64,000 nucleotides of DNA from Lama glama. Lineage: Eukaryota. The position numbers and the translations under genes are program-made. This document shows, in pieces, positions 57,706 through 64,000 of this stretch (position 1 is its first letter; the number at the start of each line of letters is the position of its first letter). The notes below the pieces were generated by a model. The model was not told the origin of the DNA. It made no database searches and worked only from the letters and a program-made list of their open reading frames with translations. Where the stretch lies: NCBI GenBank assembly GCA_028534125.1, contig CM052839.1:44082001-44146000 (forward strand), written 5' to 3'.

Positions 57706-60533
57706 GCCCCTCCGGATGGGATTCTGGAACTGAGCGATCGCCACAGTCAGACTTTGCTAGGGACCCCACGGCTGATGCCATACAGGCTTGTGACAAACCC
57801 TGGTATGCAGGGCAGTCACACTCACAGACTCTCTGGTGGAGGACGGAGGAAGGGGAGGGTGGAGGGTGGAGAATGTGGTTATGCAGCAGCGGTGGCAATG
57901 GTCTGGGGCGGTGGTAATCGTAAGGACTGTGGAGTCGGTTGGCGTTCAAAGCCTTCAAAATAGGAAACGACAGTCTCAGGTGAGCTGAATTTCAGCTCAA
58001 GGGACACTGGCCTCCGTGGAAGTACTTAAACAGACCTTATCTTCTAAAGCCCCAGGATTTAATTACAAGGGTAGCAAAGTGACAAAGGCGCCTGAACACA
58101 CAGATGCGACACGTCTCCTTTGCTAAAATCAGAGCCCCAGAAAGAAAGAGTGGGGCCAAGGGAGGCAAACACATGTGGGGATGAGCCTGAGGGTCCTGAG
58201 GGTTCCCTGACTTTCCTAAACTCGCTGAACTGGCAGAGGAGCCCCCTCCTCCTTGCCAGAAGAAAGCTGGCTCTCCTTACCCGGAGAACCAGCGAAGACC
58301 TCACTTGAGGTTTCTTACGAGATACTGCTTGTCTCGTTGAAAGCTGCCCCTACCTTCTCTCATCTTCATAAGACTAGTAGCCAGAGTTGGGGTGCAGCAA
58401 AGGCCAAGTGGGGAGACCTCCCCAGCTCCAGGAGGAGACTGACACACACAGCCGGAACTAGGGAGCAGGAGCCAGAGTAGATTCTGAAGGAGTCGGATCA
58501 GGGTGGGCAGATTTTAAGTCTGGATAGGGGAGAAATTATTGGCACAAAAGCAGCCCCCACCCCCGCCACGACGCAAGGCCATCTGAGCCAATCTAATAAC
58601 CAGCTCCTTCAAGCACAGATATGTCGGTGGTTTTCAGTAAACGAGGTAGAGACACTGAAACTACTTTGGCAGAATATTGAAGAAGTGTCAGAAGACCCAG
58701 GGTGGGGTGACCAGAGACCCCACCAGCTGACGCTGCCCAGGATGGTCCAGGGGATACCCCCCTTCACAAAGGTGATGAGAAATGCTTTGTGGAGGGGCAC
58801 CGAAATCTGAGGAGCATAAGAAGCAGCTGCCTTCTGCAGGCTAGGTTTTCATTAGGAGATACTGCCACTAACTGGGCTCCTTGGTGTCAGTGAGGGTGAG
58901 AAGATTCCAGAATAGCAGAGGGCCGGTGGGCACACTGAACCGTCAAAGGCAGGGTGGCTGTCAGCACCACCATGGTCAGTAGGCTCGGCAGCAACCAGGG
59001 TGCCCTGAACCGCAGAATCTGTGGCCAGCTGACCACGCAGTGCCTGGGGGTGAGACGGGCGGGTGGCCACCGAGGGTGCTGCTTGATTCCTATAACCGGG
59101 AAGAGACGGAGAGCCCGTGAGCAGAAGACCGCTCCCGGCCGTCGCAGTGGAAACTGGCCATACCTCAGCCAGCTCCAGGTCTAAGGCAGTTCTCAGGTCA
59201 GAGCCCACTGATCGGAGGGAAGACTAGGGAGGGCTTGGCCATGCCACGGCAGTGACAGTCCCCTAACCCTTCCCCAGAGGGAACTGTGACATTTGCCAGA
59301 GAACCTGCGCCTGGGAAAGGAGGGCTATCCAGACTCCAGAGGCTCTAGGAGACGTGAGCAGAGCTGACACAGGCACCAGTGGCACAGAAACGCTGTCACG
59401 GCCACCAGGTGGAAGGCCGTCCACGGAAAGCCAGAGACACACGACACCCTGACCCAAGCCCATCTTGCAGCGAGTCCTGTGGGCTCACAGACCCATCCAG
59501 TAGTTGGGTCTCTCATCTCCCATGTGTCATTGTGGACAAACAGACTTAGCATCGGCACAACCCTCTTGTTGGTTCTCTGACCTGGAGGGGCCAAGTGGAA
59601 GCCCGTGAACCTTCCCCCAGCCCGGCCAAGACAGCACATCAGAAAAACTAACAGGTCCTCCCACCCCCAGGAACACTGTGGAGACTGGGTCCACCATAAA
59701 GGACTTGAAGGAAGCGAGGGTGGAGGCCGCCCTCGTATCCCTGTCAACTCGCCTGTAAGGACCAGCTGGGTCTTGCTGCGTGGCGGCGGACCCCCGCGCA
59801 CCTAACCAAGCCTCTGGGCACAGACTGCAGCGCCTCGTTTATCAGAAGGAATCTATTACTTGGTACCTGGTCACCGATGTGGAAAATGTGTTCTTCCCAA
59901 TCCCTATCAGTAAAGAGGGTTAAAATCTCTTCGCTTTTACACAGGAAGGATCGCAGTACACATTCTGTCTTGACGCAGGGCTGTAATTTCCCTCCTGCTC
60001 TTCATCACAGCGTCTACAGGTCTGTGATCACTGTGACGTTTCAGAGAACGTCATGCTCACCCCCTAGGCTGAGACCATGCTCATTGGACCGGGTGGGCAG
60101 CAGGCGGTAAATACACCAAATGCCCCAGTAGGATGCCTGTGTCAGAGGGTGAGGGATGAACCCCAGGAGGGTCCAAGTCTTGCCCTTCAGTGGAGTAGAG
60201 TCTGAGGCGTTCCAGAACGCCCCCTTGAAGCCCCCTTGAAGTTCATAAAGACGAGCTGCTGCACCCCATTTCTCCTCCACCAAGAAGGGGCACAGCACTC
60301 AGCAGCCTCTTTGGACTTGGGAGACAGCACATGCTGATGTCTCCAAAGGCTGCCACTCCTGCACAGGTCCTGCAGAGAGGGCGCTGCAGCAGGCCCAGGA
60401 CACAGCACAAACCTTCCAGTGATGCTGGAGCCACACCGGTGGCGCCGAGTCTCCGGCAAGTCTCGACTCCCGAGGGAGTCACCTTGGCGGCCCTGTGACG
60501 GCCTGGATATAACACGGGGCCCAAGAGGTGGGC
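57706..60533 (+). pseudogene. Decayed ERVL internal region (ERV3-16A3/HERV16-like): gag, protease and RT relics; RNase H/integrase largely deleted
   Basis: Hand-translated relics in correct order. gag: QDLITRVAK*QRRLNTQMRHVSFAKIRA (58053-58136), E*ILKESDQGGQILSLDRGE, RWFSVNEVETLKLLWQNIEE, FTKVMRNAL. pro: SPVGSQTHPVV, AKWKPVNLP. RT: TIKDLKEARV (59693), TWYLVTDVENVFFPIPI (59858), VLTQG, and *AETMLIGP (60065, at the YIDD position). Many stops and frameshifts. Confidence 0.88.
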
Positions 60534-60997
60534 TGCCCCACACACTTCTTGCGTCCCACCTCGCCTCCTCTCAGCTCCCTGTCTACTCCAGGCGTCGCTG
60601 CCTGCCCGCCCCTTGCTGAGCCAAACTGCATGTCATTGTCTCCCTGAGGCTGCCACACGTGCGATGCCTGCAGGGACCAGTGCAGGAACAAATCTGGGGG
60701 AGCCCCCAGGTTAACACCCCGTGGTGCAGCCCTCCCAATGGGCTACGGGAGCAGGTGGTTAAAACTCCCCTCTCCCATCCTGCCGTGCACCTTCCGCCCA
60801 GCTGCTCGGGGGTCTCCGTGGGACTGAGCCCCGTTGCCCCTGCGCTCGTCCACTCAACAATGCACCCTGCAGTCTCTTTCCTCCTTCCAGCTCACTTTCC
60901 AGCCCTCTTTATTTCAGCTCATCTCCCAGAATAAACCTCCTGCACACAAGCCCTTGTCTCAAGCTCTGCTTTCAAGGGAAAAATCTAGACCAAGACA
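60534..60997 (+). mobile_element. 3' LTR of ERVL provirus (LTR16 family)
   Basis: Follows purine-rich 'aagaggtggg'; contains 'gggactgagccccgttgccc' and 'aataaacctcctgcacacaagcccttgtctcaagctctgcttt'; ends 'agaccaagaca'. Confidence 0.85.
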
Positions 60998-63129
60998 GCC
61001 AAGACTTGAAATCTGGAGTTTCTCATCCCAAGAAAAAAGAATCATTTGGCTTTTTCTCCTCTCCAGTCTCCCTAACAGTATTGTTTTCAAATATTTGTTG
61101 GGTTAAATGTACTTCTTAATATTATAATTAATAGTTTTCTTTAAATTTAGGGAACAGAGAAAAGCACCCATGATCGAATGATCTTTTTGGCCTTAAGGGC
61201 TGGTCATTCACAGGAATGGTGTGGTCTCCCTGTCACGGTGGCAGGCACGGAGGTGAGACCTTCTCCCTCATGTCTCTAAGGTCATTGCTGGACGTTAGAC
61301 CGCAAGGGCCCCTCGATTCATCCCCTCCTCGTGGCCTGAGGACCATCAGGTCAGACGTGCTCTGGTCAGACATGCCCTGGGGGCTGCCCCTTCCTGACAT
61401 CCACCTTGAGGGAGGTCTGACTGCTCCCCACGTGGGCCCAGTGTCCCTCGCATGCTCAGCCAGGAAGCTTCCCAGGCCACTCCTGGTAACCAGGCAGCCC
61501 AGGGGCAGCATCGCCCAGGAGCAGGACACGCCAGCCTCCTCGGTCACCCTCCCTTCCAGCCCCAGGTCCTGAGCCAGGCGTCCCTCTCCAGGGGGACATC
61601 TGTCCAGGTTCACTGATGCTCCCTGGGGAGCACTCGCCCTCAGGGAAGCTTCAACTGGGCCACTGGAAGATTCGCGTGCATTCAGGGCATCCCTGTGACC
61701 CCCAAGTGTGAGCTCACTCTCTTTCTTTCTCTCCCTGCTCTCCTCTCTCCACTCATCTCAGCTCCTTCAAATCTAGCCAGTCTTGCCCCCGAATTGAGGG
61801 AGTAATTGTTTATTTAGTTATACAATGGATGTTTGTCTCTTCCTTTGAAAACCATGTGGGCTACAAGTCAGAGGCTGTGGCAGCCCCGGAGGCTGGCTGG
61901 GTGATCAGAGAGTGGACTGTCTCTGGCTGGTTGCTGGCATCTCTCTCTGTTCTTCCCCTATCATCTCCTGCCTCTTTCCTGCAGCTCCAGAGAAAGCCTT
62001 ATTTACAGTCACTGCAGAAACGCTCCCACTAACCTCTGCTGGTGTGACTGTAACCGAGTGGATACATACAGTGGCTCTGCAGCTGCAGGCCCTGCCCCAC
62101 AGCCATCAAGACAGCACTCAGGCCCAGAACCAAGGCTCTCTGCCCTTTCTGCTAGCCCTGACATCTGCACCCCCTCCACCCCAGCCAAGGCCACCCCGGC
62201 CAACAGCGTGAGGTTCTGACACCGGCAAACAGAAGGGAGTCCCTCGGGCCCAGTGGCCGGTAGGGTGCGGGGAGGGGCTGGGGGCTGTTGGGAGGATGAA
62301 GGCCAAGAGGTGCTGGCTTCTCTCTGCTGGGGTCTCTGACCACTGGCTGACTTCCCACGTCTCTGGACAATTTTCAGCCTCTGGCTGGTTCCCTGTTTGG
62401 TATCTTTGTCTGAGAAAACAGTCCGCCATTGACCTTCTCACCGAAAGTCGGTCTCAGGCAAGCGGAGTGGGGAAGCCTTGCGTGAGGGGTGCCTAGCTAA
62501 TGGACGCCTCTGCCCGGTGCCTAAGCGGGAACTGTTCCAGGCTATATCCCCAGGCTTGGGTTTCTCAAGCTCCCTTTGACCTGGCTCTTGTCCTCCCAAC
62601 CAGGGGAGACGTGATTCTGCGGCCTCTTGCCTTGGGCTGCCCTCTCTCCGCAACTGCTCCTTCTTCACGCAGGCCACTCATCCCACTCGGGGTTCCTGAC
62701 ATGCGGGGGCGTCCCTCCTGCAGGGTCACTCGGGGATACTCCCCCACGCCGGGGGCAGGTTAGCGCCCTCCCTCCGCGTTGGCACCCTGCACCTCCCGCA
62801 CACGGACGGGTCTCATTCATATTCCCAGTGTTCGGCACAAGTGTCTGCACATCATATTTACTTGATAAAAAATAAACAAAAGGAAATTGCCTGTGGAGAC
62901 ACAGCGAGAGGCGGAGTGTGCAGGGCTCACATCTGCCGCGAAAGGTTGGCACTGCCGCGCGGGCATGGAGGATGCTTCAGGGAGCCCTGCGCCAAACAGG
63001 ACAGACAGATGCGGCTCCTCCCTGGCTAAGATACTCCCCAAGGCACAGGGGGCAGGGGTCTCAGAGGGAAAATGTTCTTTTGTTAAGTTTATTATTTCTC
63101 CAATTTTTTTTCAGAGTTAGACCCTTAAC

Positions 63130-63570
63130 TTCTTCATCTGAACACTGCTATCTCCATTTCTCTGTGGTCTCATTTGCTCCTTATCTATATGTAATCATAG
63201 TTTTTACCTGGTTATAATCAGGTGTCCCACTTCTGCACTTAATGATATTTCAAAGACAACTCCCCTGTGTTGAGTCTTCCTCTCCACCAGGTTTAAAGGC
63301 CGCATAACATCCCACTGAGTGGTTGCCACGTAAGTCACTGAACTATTACCTGACTGCCGGACAGGTAGCATCCAGCCAGTGGGGCTTCTGTAAGTACCTT
63401 GGTCTTCAAACTTTTTTCTTCTTTTGAATTATTTCCCAAGGATGTGGTCCCAGGAGTGGGATTATGGAGTCAAAGGGTTGGGATGGCTCTTGCTACATTC
63501 CGCCAGGTTGCCCTTCAAGAAGACGGGGCCGGGGTAGGTGATGCGTGAGTGTCCACCTGTCCCATCACCT
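63130..63570 (-). mobile_element. L1ME-like LINE fragment
   Basis: 'gaattatttcccaaggat..tcccaggagtgggattatggagtcaaaggg...ccaggttgcccttcaagaa' matches old L1 3' sequence in reverse. Confidence 0.7.
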
Positions 63571-64000
63571 GCGCATCCTGTGCCTGGCTGGGGGGAGGTG
63601 GGGATGGGACAAGGAGGTAGCATGCAGCTTGGGCTTCCAGACACCATCAGGGTGCCACTTTTTGGAGGCCACCTACCCTTCTCCAGTTCCCGTGGTCTCC
63701 TACTGACCCACGTGCCCAGTGCCACGGAGCAGACAGCGGCACTTGAGGGCAGGTGGCTCCAGCAGGCAGGGCGAAATGGGAAATGAGGGTATGTTGTTTC
63801 CTGGCGGGGCTTTGGCTTCAGCTTTGGGGAGGGACAGGGCCAAATAAAGACGCTTATCCCAGCACGCTGCAGCCCCCGCTTCTGGCCATGCCAACGCTGG
63901 CACCTCCCACTCGTCTGCCGGAGCCAGGAGCGGGATGCTCCGAATCCCAGCTGCTGACAAGCCACAGCCAGAGGAAGACGCATGGAAGGGTCCTAATCCC

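Noticed and set aside
57233-61002. Target-site duplication for the ERVL provirus
   Set aside because: The flanks (ccagg vs gccaa) do not match cleanly; not claimed.
106-63983. All other ORFs in the track (e.g. 6440-7378, 18638-19612, 33788-34738)
   Set aside because: Pro/Gly/Arg/Ser-rich, overlapping on both strands, often without an ATG start, and with no family resemblance; expected in GC-rich non-coding DNA.
1-64000. tRNA/rRNA/snRNA genes, processed pseudogenes, CRISPR-like arrays, prokaryotic systems
   Set aside because: None recognised. There is no regularly spaced repeat-spacer structure, and the sequence is mammalian by its repeat content.

Overview
GC-rich placental-mammal genomic DNA with no credible protein-coding exon in the readable sequence and seven N-gaps. 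The ORF track is explained by high GC content and N runs. The central landmark is a CpG island at ~39.2-40.7 kb, interrupted by two gaps, that looks like a gene promoter/first exon. Base skew and retroelement orientation suggest (by inference) a minus-strand gene whose first exon lies largely in gap 39737-39927. In that reading, 1-39.7 kb is the start of a very large first intron and 40.7-64 kb is upstream DNA. Four good REST/RE1 (NRSE) motifs (28.5, 47.0, 49.2, 56.2 kb) and many AT-rich homeodomain/POU/forkhead motif islands suggest a neuronal gene, but I cannot name it. All recognisable repeats are ancient: MIR, L2, L3/CR1, L1M, MLT1, hAT-Charlie MERs, and a decayed two-LTR ERVL provirus (LTR16-type) at 57.2-61.0 kb with readable gag/pro/RT relics. 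I found no evidence of a new multi-gene system. The most interesting observations are the RE1 cluster with a near-duplicated pair, a 22-nt apparently templated insertion flanked by a 14-bp duplication, serial hAT insertions into each other's TCTAGA target duplications, and the provirus inserted into a MIR. Repeat names come from remembered consensus sequences, not a database search, and boundaries are approximate.
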